From the NCBI GenBank assembly GCA_001662655.1, contig KV460242.1: DNA of 64,000 bases, one strand, 5' to 3'. The DNA is from Pseudogymnoascus verrucosus. Taxonomy: Eukaryota. Below, one piece after another: positions 12,129-24,209 of this stretch (position 1 is its first letter; each line of letters begins with the position of its first letter). Both the position numbers and the translations under genes were made by a program. Under the pieces are notes generated by a model, which was not told where the DNA came from, ran no database searches, and saw only the letters and a list, made by a program, of their open reading frames with translations.

Positions 12129-13895
12129 CTAGACCACCACAACTCCATACCAAGCCATCCCCATCGCACCCCCAAGCAAAATCGCAAATGGTGCACTCAA
12201 CCCGAACCATGCACCTCCAACGAAACTCGTAGCCGTTATTGCAACCCACCATGGGTCTCTTCCAAGGGGACTCCCACCCTGATTATCCACATCTACGTAG
12301 CCAATCTGCCACAATTTATACACTGCCGTAAAAACCAATCCAACAGCCCCAGCATTAATTCCCCGTAGCAGAGACAGCAGCCAGCGATGAGAGCGTAGAA
12401 CGCTCCATAATCCCATGATTCCTATGACAATAATGATGCCCGGCGTGAAAATCGCAATAAATCCGATCAGGGCCCCTGAAAATGATGGAAGAGGTGTCCC
12501 GGCAGTCGCAAGCGAGCCAAGGTAGATGGCAAAGTTAAAGTTTGGGCCGGGAAAAGACTGGATGAGCGCAAGGCCAAGGAGGAAATCGCGTGGGGAGACC
12601 CAACCTTCGGCCACAATGTACTCGCGAAGAAGGGGAATAACTACAGGTCCGCCGCCAAAGATAATCGTGCCTGCAAGGTAGAGGTTTGCGAATAGTGAGA
12701 CGCCTCTAGGTGGACTTTTCAGTAGACCGCGAATAACCATGATCGTGATAAAGGACATTAAGAAGGCGCTAATGACACACACTCCAGTTTTCCAAGTTAG
12801 GAGATTCATTTGTAGGCTTGCTGGAACGACTCGGTCGGTAGACTGTGATTCTTCTTGTGATCTAGTAGTCTCATCACTGTCAGGAGAAGCTTCAACTTCT
12901 GTCGATACTAGATTAGGATCCTCAGAAAGCGGCATGCGTCGAAGATATATCGACCTCTCATCTTGGTCTGGCTCAGTGTAAGGAGCCCTTTCATCCTCCG
13001 GCATCTCCCCACTAGAGCGCTGTCTCGGTTCGGGGCCTTCTCCAGTCGTCTGATCCAATGTCCGCCGTGGTTTCCATACCCGCTTATACATGCGCTGGAG
13101 CCACCGAAAATCCCAAACAATCGTTACGATTCCCGCCCCAGCCATCAGGACTGGGAAAAACCATAAAGCTGTGTACAGCATCCCACCAACTCCACCAAGG
13201 AACACTAGCGCACGGGTAACTTTATCAGTGATAGCTTTTTGCGCAAGCTGAACGGCGGCGAGAGCGATGATGCCGACAGTGGCTGCGTTGAGACCAGAGA
13301 GTAGAGCGTAGACGGGTAGAGGTAGGGTATCACTGATGTGTGAGACACCTAATGATAAACCATACATGCCGATGGCCCCGGGAAGACTAACTACCAGTTA
13401 GTAGGATATAATGAAGCAAGTGAATTACTTCGAGATATAGATTGGAAGTCATAAGGTCGCACATACCACCATAGTAAGAATGCACCAAATCCAGCGAGAA
13501 GACCACCACGAAGATAGTTTATGCAGAACAACATCTTGGTACTTGCTGGGCCTGGGAGTGCCTGACTGAGCGCAAAAACCTCTTGAAACTGACAATGTTA
13601 CCATTAGGTTAAATTTCCTTTGCATTTGACAGGAGGTTTTACAGTACCATTTGCTCATCTACCCACTCGTATTTCTCTACAAATTTCTTGTGAAGCTGCA
13701 CTAAATCAGCAACCACGTAGGACATTAGACCGTCGTTCGTACAATTTGGAAGTGCACTGGCGGACCACCGAACGCTGTAAATCCCAAATGCCAATTCGCA
13801 GCTACGACGTCTACCGCTCGATCCCAAACTTTAGATGAATCTATGTGCATTAGGTCGGCACCACGCCGTAGAACAGAGACATATATGTCCGTCAT
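12129..13895 (-). CDS. Chromate ion transporter (CHR/ChrA family, long two-domain form), multi-exon
   Basis: N-terminal exon ...ANWHLGFTAFGGPPVHFQI, then QALPGPASTK; second domain AGTIIFGGGPVVIPLL and ALIQSFPGPNFNFA; the GGP and PGP CHR motifs each occur twice. Confidence 0.92.
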
Positions 13896-14179
13896 CTCAA
13901 TATCTCATCTCTTTTGTTCCTAGACTAACTTCTGCTAACGTATAGAAGGAGGAAGAAGTTGACAGTAAGGACATTATGTTTGTAGCTTCAGTTTGTGCAA
14001 TATCACGACATAACACGTGATATAGAAAAGGCACGTTCCTAGTGCGGCCGCCTCCGGGCCTAGAGGAACATTAATACCGTCTTAGCTAATGACATAAGTT
14101 TAGGACGTGCGGGTTGTTATACGCTAACTGAAAATCGGTAGTTACTTGATTTAAGTTATTAAACTATATAGTAACTATA

Positions 14180-14350
14180 TATGAATTTGCTCTACATAGC
14201 TGCTATAAGGCTAATATTAATCTCCTACATTATAATAAGGCTCTAAAGCTTAGATAAGACCTTCTTATAAGTATTAGGAGTAATAAGAGTTTATAGTAAT
14301 ACTATAGCTTAAGGGGTTCTATTATACTTTAAATTAATGCCCTCTATAAA
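14180..14350 (-). repeat. Inner part of the right inverted arm (RIP-mutated reverse copy of 11966-12097, with ~35-bp indel)
   Basis: ATGAATTTGC...ATATTAATCTCC...AGGCTCTAAAGCTTAGATAAGACC...AAGTATTAGGAGTAATA...ATTATACTTTAAATTAA.GCCCTCT is the reverse complement of the left arm. Confidence 0.85.
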
Positions 14351-14461
14351 TGTAATAATGTATAGTTACACTTATACTACACCTTACTAATCTAAAAAGA
14401 CTATAATATTCTAGCTTAGCTAGAATACACATAATATACTATATATACTATAATAGTTATA
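14351..14461 (+). repeat. Short LTR-like repeat, copy 1 (3'-truncated)
   Basis: Starts TGTAAT; ~110-bp inverted match to 14880-14991. Confidence 0.6.
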
Positions 14462-14666
14462 TCCCCCCCCCCTTCTAGTCTACTTATTAGTCTATATACT
14501 TACTTCTAGGCCTTATTACTACTTAGGATGCTAAGGTTTAAATATATATAGCTTAAGCCCCTAAGGTTGCCCTTATTAGCTAGGTAGGGAACTATATTTA
14601 TATAGCTAATCTACTTACTTAGTAAAGTAAGCTAGCTAGAAAAAACCTATTAACTATAGAGCTAGA

Positions 14667-14862
14667 ATATTCCTATATTATAGGATATACCTTATAATAA
14701 GATAAACTATTAGTACTTTAAATTTAATTAATTCTAAATTTATAAGTCTATTAAAAATTCTAGTATTTTTATATTAGCTATATTATATAGCTACTCCTAA
14801 ATAGACTAAACTCTAACTACTTTAAAATTTATAATTACATTATTACTATTATGCCTATTTAT
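14667..14862 (+). repeat. Outer part of the right arm, now in direct orientation to 11776-11970 (locally inverted), heavily RIP-mutated
   Basis: AAACTATTAGTACTTT.AATTTAATTAATTCTAAATTT.TAAG.CTATTAAAAATTCTAGTATTTTT is shared with 11813-11879; differences are almost all transitions toward A/T. Confidence 0.85.
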
Positions 14863-14991
14863 TATAATAGGGTGCTAGTATATAACTATTATAGTATATA
14901 TAGCATATTATGTATATTCTAGCTAAGCTATAATATTATAGTCTTTTTAGCTTAGTAAGGTATAGTATAAGTATAACTATACATTATTATA
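14863..14991 (-). repeat. Short (~129 bp) solo-LTR-like repeat, copy 2, inverted
   Basis: Reverse strand reads TATAATAATG...CCCTATTATA, consistent with RIP-mutated TG...CA ends; the 5-bp ATAAA is duplicated at the 14350 and 14862 junctions. Confidence 0.55.
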
Positions 14992-15306
14992 AGGATATAT
15001 ATTACTTATATTTCTTTATAGCCTAAGAGTTCTATATAGGCCTAAGAATCTACTAATGTAAAGCTATTAAATAATTATCTTTAAAGACTTATTTTATAAA
15101 TATATATAATTATTAGTGTTCTCTAAAATAGTAAGAGTATTTGTGCTTTTTAAATAGTATTTAGTAATAAGTAGTATTTAGCTAACTTTTAAGGTATTTA
15201 GTAAGTATTTACTAAAGACTTAAATACTATTTAAATTCTTAGTATATATAGCCTAGAACATAAAGCTATAAAGATTAGTAGGTAAAGTAGTATTAGTAAT
15301 TAGTTA

Positions 15307-17162
15307 ACGTAGTGTATGGCCTAATGCACCATATGGCCTAATGCGCTAGTAAATCCGACCCCACCCTCTTTGATCGTGTTCTGTGTGCTACATAATCAAC
15401 CAACTCGTTATCTAATGCTAACGATGAGTTGCCTAGTACCTCTACATCCTCTTCCTCCTCAACTTCCTCAACAAGGCGCTTACGTAGGCGCTTATAGGGT
15501 CGTTTTACAACTAGCTTAGTCTCTACCTCTCGCGCAACATCTAACACATCTTGTGTACTATAGACAAACGTGCCTTCTAATCTAACTCTTTTCCCTCTTT
15601 TATAAGCCTTTTGTGCCTATAGTAATTCTTCTTTCTCTTGTAGCTGCTTACAGAGAATAAGGAGCTTAGTATTTTGTGTTTTAGCTATATGGGTAACCTA
15701 GTCTACATATCGCTTTGTAGGTAATGTAAGGCCTAGCACTTATGTAAGCACTAAATTCAAAAGCACATTTGACTCCTATAGCTTAGTCCTATCTAGAGGT
15801 GAGCTCTTAAGTAGCGAGAAGTCTAGGTTGTCTTAGTTAGGTGGTGTATGTAGCTTTTTAAGGATAGGAGTAGGTTGAGCTGCAAGCTAATTAAGTATCT
15901 TTTATAGGTTTAAAGGCATTAAACCTAATCCTCTCTATCTACTAAGAATGTTATCTAACGTAACAGCGTTCTTATAAGCCTAGATAAACATTTGCATCCA
16001 TTTAGCACATAGGATCTAGTGTAAACTATGTTAAGAGATAGCGTCTATCTCTCTTGCATACGCACGCTTAAATGCTAAGAACACTCTAACGTTAAGTGAT
16101 TAAAGAAGATGTAAGTAATGTAGAGGCATTATAAGTAAGTCAATACTGTTCTCTATATAGTATGCAATGAAATTAGCTTGTATGTAACTTCTATAGCCAT
16201 CTATAATTAACAATTAGCGTTAGTTCTCTGCTATTTCTCGTATTTAAGGCTTAAATACCTTTATTAACTAATGTAAACTAAGATCATTAGATGTCTAGCT
16301 ATTCTTACTAACTGTAAAATGCTAGCTAGAAGGAGTTTTAGAAGGTAGCTAGCTAGAGTTTAGATTTTTAGCTTTAAAGATAATCATTAGCGTTAACGAT
16401 GTGCTAGCTACATTAATGCATTCAATATTAGTTACCTACTCTTATTTGCCTACTACGCTCTTATGCTTTTAGTTTAAGTTAGCTAGAATAAGGACCTATG
16501 TCGTCTAGCTTTCTCTAACACTAAACCCTAACTCGTCTATGTTCTAGATGTTCTATACTTTATATAAATGTTCCTATAGTTGCACTGCAACTGCATTAAA
16601 CTAGCACTTAATTACCTTGTAGGAAGCCCTATTAAATCGTACATTTTACATTTAGCAAGCATAGATACCCTAAACTGTTAGGTGCTAATTCTAAAAGCAA
16701 TAGAGCTATTCGTAGCTAATTAGAGGAGTTGTGTTAACGACAGCTTCATTTCCTAAGACGCGTCTAACGCGTTAACGTCAAATCAATTTAGCTAACTCCT
16801 TTAGTAGCAAAGGTGTCATTAGTAATCTAGCACGTGTATAACATGTAATCTATTATACTAAAGTCTTCTCTTCTACATTTGAAAGAATCTGATTTATCTT
16901 ACAAGCCTAGGCTTATAAGTTACCTCTAGCCATTCTTTAACGAAGGGTATCGCGTAAGACTTTAAAGTAGTAGGTAGTAGCATAAACGGACGAAAAGCTG
17001 CTGTCTTTTAGTAACTAGATAGCGTCCTAGATATCAGCTTCATAACGTAATGATTTTAAACGGTTAGTAGGATGCATTGCAAAAGTTGTTATAATTTAAA
17101 GGTAGTAGGGTTAGATTTACTAGCACATTAGGCCATATAGCGCATTAGGCCATACACTACGT
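15307..17162 (-). mobile_element. Full-length Fot1/Pot2-like (pogo, Tc1-mariner) transposon, 1856 bp, RIP-inactivated
   Basis: ~50-bp TIRs ACGTAGTGTATGGCCTAATGC...TATGGCCTAATG..CTAGTAAATC at both ends; TA target duplication on both sides. Confidence 0.93.
15338..17077 (-). pseudogene. pogo/Fot1 DDE transposase with many RIP-induced stops
   Basis: Minus strand gives MHPTNRLKSLRYEADI*DAI*LLK...FKVLRDTLR*RM (HTH), I*NIDELGF, and LLIIDGYRSY...DLLIMPLHYLHLL*SLNVRVF (cf. LILDGHGSH...LPPHSSHLLQPLDVGVF); stops are TAA/TAG derived from CAA/CAG/TGG. Confidence 0.88.
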
Positions 17163-18481
17163 TATTATAAAATGTACTAATATATAACTACTATAGTATA
17201 AGGATACCTCCTTACTTAGGTTAGTTATAGTTATTATATAGCACCCTTAAGACTTAGGCCTATTATAGTTTAATTATAACTATAAGCCTTAGGCATATAG
17301 TATAAAGAAGCCTTAGGTAAATAGAGAGTTAGCTAAGTTAGAGGGGTTTTAGGTATTTAAAGAAATAGGAATAGAGGGTTCCCCCTTTATCTTTTTTATA
17401 TCCTTTATAGTAGACCTATAGGATTATACTAACTCCTATCTAACTTATACTCTTATATATAACTTCTTATAATATAGTACCCTATATCCTTATATATAGT
17501 AGTTATATATTAGCTCTACTAACTTTTAAAGACTCTTACTATAGCCTATTATTACTATTTAGGGGTAATAACAAGCTTCTACCTATATATAGTATTACTT
17601 ATAAACCTTTAGGTCTTATAGACCTAGAGAGCTAAGAGGAGCTTAATTAACTTAAATTACCTCCTTAAATTAACTAATACAACCTAAACTTAAATGTAAA
17701 TACCCCTTTTTAACTTTAACAACTTAATATTTACTACATTATAGCTATACTCCTAGTGTAGCTTTTTACGTTAATTAAGCTAGATAGCTAGGACTACTAT
17801 CTTACTATATAAGATAGGCTTTAGGGACTATAGTTGTTGTTAAGAAGCTATAATAGAGCAACCTATAGTTTAAATTTTAGAATATCTTTAATAGACTTAT
17901 CCTAGGCTTATAAGGGAGGGTATAAAGGCTAAAAAGAAGGTTCTAAGATAAGAGGATATATAGTAGAATAGATTAATCCCTCTTTTACCCCTCTACGTTA
18001 TGCCTTAATTTATAAGTAATATCTATAGACTAATAATATCTAAAGCTAGGAGCTACGTAGAGGTTGTTATAGGCCTTCCTTTAAGGGTGATTTTCTTTTT
18101 AACAGACGGTTGGAAATAGCTCTAAGGGCGCTCTATTTGTGCAGGTGTAGGGCGTTCGGGTGGAGAGTAGCCACTATACTCCTCTTGTAAAATAACCAAA
18201 AACAATTCATTGCCTATTATTACTATTCAGCGAGTGCTATTCGACGAATACTATAATTTTGTATGAGTATTCAGGAAAACCCCGAATACTATTCGAATAC
18301 TATTTGGTGAACACTGATTATTATTAACTTTATAAAACGCCAGCTTTCTTCCCGTTCTATATCGGTATCCGCGTTTCAAAAAAATCCCCATACGCCAAAA
18401 AAAAAAGATCTATCCGCAAGCAATGCATAAAATCCACAACAAATTGTTCAAAGAAGAAATATGGGCAGATAAAGCCCGTTG

Positions 18482-21400
18482 TTAAGCTTTCTCAGACTTC
18501 TTTCCACCCTTAAAGAGCGACATAATACCGCCCTTAATGGCGCCAATGACACTTGAGATCGAAGCGATCACAAAGCCCAATCCGAAGCCCCACCCGCGAA
18601 TACGAGTGGTATAGATGAAGAAGTAAACTAGTGCCCAGTTGATGATGCAGAAGGCAAGGAAAATGCCCATGCACTTCCACTTATCATCAGACTGAACATT
18701 AAGAGTGCGAAGATACTCCTCGCCCGACGAAAACGCGCAGTATGTGCAGTCAGACGTCGCATCTGGGTTGCCAAGGTATCCCGACTTGGCGATCTTCGAG
18801 ACGAAGTCGCCCGCGTAGTCGAGGCAAGTCTGGTTCGGTGGCGGGTTGAAATGGCTGAGTTCGAGAGGACTGCAGATGACCGGGGTGGAACTGACGGTGC
18901 CAGCGAGGGAGCCGCGGATCCAGTAGGTGACAGGATTAACGTAATACATCCAGTAGCGCCAGAAGACGGGGAAGGAGGCGTATGGAATGAATACACCGTT
19001 GAAGAAAAACACCATGACGAGGAAGAATGGAAGGACGTTGGAGATGACCGTGAAGGATGGTGCGAATGCCGTAACCCATTGACCCCAGCTCATTTGGAAG
19101 AGGTAGAACAGCATCGACATGAGGTACATGTAGCCAGCGGAGCTGGAGTCAGTTGGAAGACCAGTAGGGTAGTACCAGCAAAGCCAGTAGATGGCGCTCG
19201 TGAAAATGGCCGCTGGAATCTCGCCGAGAATACTGGCTGTGCTGAAGGCGATCCAGCCATAGATTCGGCTGGGAAGCTCGCGAGCTTCCCAGAGGCTGCG
19301 GTTGATATAAAACTTTGGGATGATGCTGTTCATCATGATTGGTGGGAGGAGGACAATAAGGAAGACTGAGAACATGCGGTTCTGCATGTCACCAACAGTG
19401 TTGCCAAGCTGCCAGAATGTCTGATGATATGTTAGTTAAATTCTCACAAAGTTAACGGCAAACTTACAAATCCATTGAAAATACCAACAACAAAGCTGAC
19501 AAAGATCTTCGAGTAGATGTAGGAGGGGTCGCGCCAGTATTGAGTAAAGAGGCGTTTTGTGAGCATGGTTGTCTGCAACATAACGGGCGCTGCAAATTCG
19601 TATTGAGTTCCCACTTCTGGGGCAGGAAGTTGGCTTCGCTCCTTATTAATGCGCTCGATCTCTAGGGCGAGCTCTCTGTTATTACTCGAACTTCTCCACT
19701 CTTCGTTCCAGTCGACGACCTTTCCATCTCTGTAGCCTCGCTTGGCTGCGGTTTCCAGGATAAACTCTGCCACATTCTTCGAAGGTGGGCAGACAAATCC
19801 CCTCTCGGCGAAGTATTTAACAACTGCAGACCCACCCTCGCCGACAGGACCGAAGTAGAAGGTGTTTCCACCGGGGTTCAGAGCTAGAATCATGTCGAAT
19901 TGGTTGATAAGCATGGAGGATGGCTGATGGATGGTGCAGACGATTGCCTGACCAGCAAGAGAAAGCTTCTTTAGGAATCGGATAATTGAGTACGCAGACT
20001 GGCTGTCCAACCCACTCGTAGGCTCATCGAGGAACAGCAGTAGACTCGGCTTGGCAGCTAGCTCGACACCTATGGTCAGTCTCTTCCGCTGTTCGACGCC
20101 GAGAGAGGATACAATTGCATCCTGGATATCCTCAAGCTCTAACAAGTTGATGATCTGGTCAACATAGGCTATCTTCTCCTCCCGGGGCACAGTGCGATCC
20201 TGGCGAAGAATAGCCGAAAACTCGAGTGATTCCCGGATAGTCGCTGTCCCATCGTGCAGATCCATCTGTTCACAGAATCCAGTAGAACGTTGGAAATCAG
20301 GCCCCAGGGCCTTGCCATCGACCAACATATCTCCACTAATGACCCCGACGGTTTGCCTTTGGGCAAGGGTATTGAGAAGGGTAGTCTTTCCGGCACCCGA
20401 GGCACCCATTAACGCTACCATCACACCTGGCTTGACATAACCACTGATGCCATTCAAGAGCTTTTTCTCGCCGCCGTCGTACGGAACGGTATACTCCACA
20501 TTGGACCAAGTAAACACACGGTCGCTGTTGGTCAAGGTCTCGGCACTCTTCTCACCTTCATTGATAGTGGTTGGCTCAACAACCGCACTAGGCTGGCTGC
20601 CGCCTTCCATGTCGCCCACAGGTGTCTTCTCAGATACAACAAGCTGCTTAGCCTTGCGCGTCTTCTTGAAGGACAACGCGCCGCCACCTCCACCGGTGAA
20701 TGATACTTTCTCAGCAGCGATGGCTGTAATAAGCGTGTACAATACAGTGAAGGCGATCACGACACCAAAATTGCGCCATAAATGCTCCCTCGTGTAGCCA
20801 AAAGATGCGGCGAGATAATTGGATCCAGAAACGGTGGTGCTGCCAATCTCAGAGCCTGGTAGCGTACAACCTTGAAACTCGCGCGATACACCTGGCCCTT
20901 GAGGAACCAGCTGCGAGTCGCTGCATATCATGTCTCGTCCGGAGAATTCGTTTGTAATGACGGCCTCATAGGCATATGATATAGGATTGACGTAGTAAAT
21001 CCATCCGAACCAAATGTACTTGTTGACGAGAAGAGGTTTTGGGATGACATATCCGACGAATATGACCAATAAGTTGAGAGCAACTCCTGCGAAGCGAACA
21101 GCGTCATCGATGCTTGGTGAAACTGCAGCAAACATGCGATACATCGCAGTAAGGCACAGAGTTGTGACATAGACGAAGAGAATATATATGAAGAATTTCG
21201 CCGCAGTCATGTCCATGCTACTCAAAAAGAAGGTAATGATGGCGAATACAACAACTTGACTGAGAATGAGGGGAATGTCAACCACAGCGCGAGCAATCGA
21301 CACTGCCGAGGGCCGATAAAAGGCGTAGTCCTTGTGACGGGCAATGACGACTCTGCCAGAGACAGCCTTCATCAGCTCAGTGAGTTGAAGCCAGCCAGGG

Positions 21401-23094
21401 AACACAATAGAGAAGAACAGCACACCGCTGCGAGAGAAAGCACCGCTGGTATCGAGAGGCTGTCCATAGAAAAGCGACCCGACGATGAGGGCGTTGGCAA
21501 TGATGACGAAGAATTTAGTATACAGAGACGTCTTGTCGCCGAGGGTGAGCCAGAACTCGCGCTTGGTGCACGCGATGACTTGACGGTAGAATGATACGGT
21601 GTAGCTCGACTCCTTCGAGACGTGCTTGCTTTTAGATTGATTGACAGTCTGCTCAAAGCGGCGGGTGTCGGCGTTGTCGGTCTCTTGTATCCTGGCTTCG
21701 TATCCACTGACATCTTGAAGGAGACGCTTATAGCTCTCGCTAGCTCTAAACACAGTCTCGAGTTCCTGTGCGGTCTTTGGTGTGGAGGCCTCACGGCCGG
21801 GCTGGAAGCGCCTCGCGTTGGGGTCGCAAAGAGAAGTGAGGAAGTCAGATGTTGTCTCTCCAGGTGTGCACAGGAAACCCAAGCTTTCGAAATATTCCTT
21901 GGCTTCGGTAGCAGGGCCCTGATACAACATCCGTCCCTCCTCAATAACCAGAACCTTGTCCATGAGATCGTAGATCCCCTCGCCAGCCTGGTAGAGCGTG
22001 ACGAATGTGGTTCGGTTGCTGACATCAGTCATCACCCGCAAGGACTTTGCGTAGTCAAGAGCAGTGCTGGCGTCGAGACCTCTCGTCGAATTGTCCCAGC
22101 AGACAACTGTAGATTTCGTCGCCAGAGTCTCTGCAATGCCGACACGCTTCCTCTCTCCACCAGAAACTCCACGGGAAAAGGCGTCTCCGACAAGGGTTTT
22201 CTTGGTGTGGCTGATACCAAACATCTTCATGAGGGCATTCGCAACAATGGGGATACTATCTTGGTCCTGCTTCTTGGTCTTGTTCATCAGAGCGAATTTC
22301 AGGGTCTGCCAGACATTGAGCGATGGGAAATGCTGGTCATCCTCCGGGTTATAGTTGACTTCTCCACGGTAAAGTTTGTGCTGCACGTCAGCGGGAATGC
22401 CTCCGTATGTGACATCGCCGTTGACTGCCACAAAGCTGGAGCGTTCATTGGCGATGGTTTTCAAGAAAGTAGAGCATCCGGAGCCAGGCCTTCCGAGGAC
22501 GAGCATCATCTCGCCATCGCGAACCGCACCGGTGAAATCATGGATCAGATTCCTCGTAGGTGGCGCCTTTCCAAATTTGAGGGCAGGAATGAGATTGGAT
22601 GCGTGGCGGTACAGATCCGGACCCAACGAACCAATAACAGCATCGGGCAAGGTCTTCACAAAGGTAGCAGAGGAGTTGACTCCCACCACGGTCATATTTT
22701 TGAAGACAACTCCGACCTTCTTACCGGCATCTCCAGCAGTCGTGCGGCGCTCGAGCTGACCACCCAGCAGAAAGCGGTCGAGCTGAAAGTCTTCTGAATC
22801 GTCAGGTTCGCCAGCAATGTCGGCCTCGTCGTCGGCCAGCTTCTTCCTCTTGCCTGCGGCCGATTGGGTCCTCTTGTGAGACTCCAATTTTGATAATTCC
22901 TTCCTCATCTCAGTCAGGTCCTCGATGGCTCCATAGCGGGACACGGCCTCCTGGTCGTCGTCTTCGCCCCATGTTCCTCCACGAATACTCTCTTTTGAGG
23001 CGACTGAGTGGACGGCAGTTGATCCCAGCGGTGTGGCATTGTAGCTGAGGACGTCGTCGTCTAGGGGAGACGGAGACTCAGCGCGGGTCGCCAT
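18482..23094 (-). CDS. Full-size ABCG/PDR multidrug ABC transporter; intron ~19422-19468
   Basis: NBD1 LVLGRPGSGCST, VSGGERKRV, CWDNSTRGLD; NBD2 MGASGAGKTTLL, EQRKRLTIGVEL, LFLDEPTSGLDS; two TMDs with a PDR_CDR extracellular loop. Confidence 0.95.
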
Positions 23095-24209
23095 GGCTGG
23101 GTTCGGAGGGGGGTAATGGTATGATTCTGGAGATAATCTTCATAGTAGCTGGGGAAGTGAAATTTATGTATATATAGATAAACAAAACAAGGGTCACAGC
23201 GGGAGATGGCGTAGGGGGAGCTAGCATAGGGATCTAAGGCCGGAGATAAGACGCCACGCAGGACGGAGCCGGATTCCGCAGTTGAGTAACTGGATTAGGC
23301 ACGCTTAGGGTAAACTAGACAGGAGTTCCTGGGTCGTTTCAGCAGTGTTGATGACTGTTTAGGACTATTTGGGATTGTTTAGGACTGATTGTGTAGTACC
23401 CAAGTATTCCCTCGTGGGGTTATGGCTGGGATAGATACATCGACACTATTAGATAGAGGATGAGTAATGGTGAGTAGTGGGGGTTCCAAGAGGCAGAAAG
23501 AGCCACCGGCGGACGACCAACGGCCCCTAAAAAAGAGTTAAGAGCGGCTAAGATACACTAATGCAGCCTAACCACGAGTCATAGTACGCTAGGAGATACT
23601 TCAAGGAGATACCGCTACGCATCTCCTCTAGGGCAAACCAGATAGACTCTGGAAAAGGACCAGGGGAGATGGATTATAAATCAAAAGGTGGGTGCACTTG
23701 ATTGGAAATCAACCTTAGAAGGCCGCATTTCCTAGCACATGCGGCCAGGGGATTTCAGGGATTCAAGGATTCAAGGATTCACGCCCTACGGAGTACTAGA
23801 CTAACGCGGCGTGACGAATTCGGGGGTGCGGCGTAGCGAGTAGCGAGTCCGTTTGTGAAAAAAGCGAAGAGATTTTTAGGATTGCCGATGGGGGAAATAT
23901 GGAAATAATGGGTTTTAACTTTTTCTTAGCGCCTTGGACCCTTAAACCCGACCGCCGCACGGCGACCGCGACCACCCAGCGTCCAGTGAACATTGCTTAC
24001 CACAAGTCACGGCAGATGGGATGACGTCTTTTTATGCACTGTGCGCACTGCTGCTGCGTGGACCTATTAACTCCGCCGAGGATTATCCTGCGGGCGGGTT
24101 ACTCTACATGGTATCGCGTGGGTGAGTGATTAACCACTATAATAGCGGAATGGAGAGCCGCAGTCATAAAACAAAGCTGGGGATTGGGGATTCTGGCCGG
24201 CCGAACTGT

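Larger units (their letters stand above)
15114..18316. mobile_element. Degenerate hAT-like DNA transposon (~1.35 kb excluding the nested insertion), RIP-mutated
   Basis: Termini TAGTGTTCTCTAAAATAG and reverse-complement CAGTGTTCACCAAATAG; subterminal GTATTC/GTATTT repeats at both ends; flanks ATAATTAT / ATTATTAT (8-bp TSD, 7/8 match). Confidence 0.6.

Noticed and set aside
21622..22797. 391-aa antisense ORF in the ABC transporter (likewise 7648-8496, 41277-42059, 55285-56025, 59114-59839)
   Set aside because: Shadow ORFs opposite well-supported genes, with no recognisable motifs
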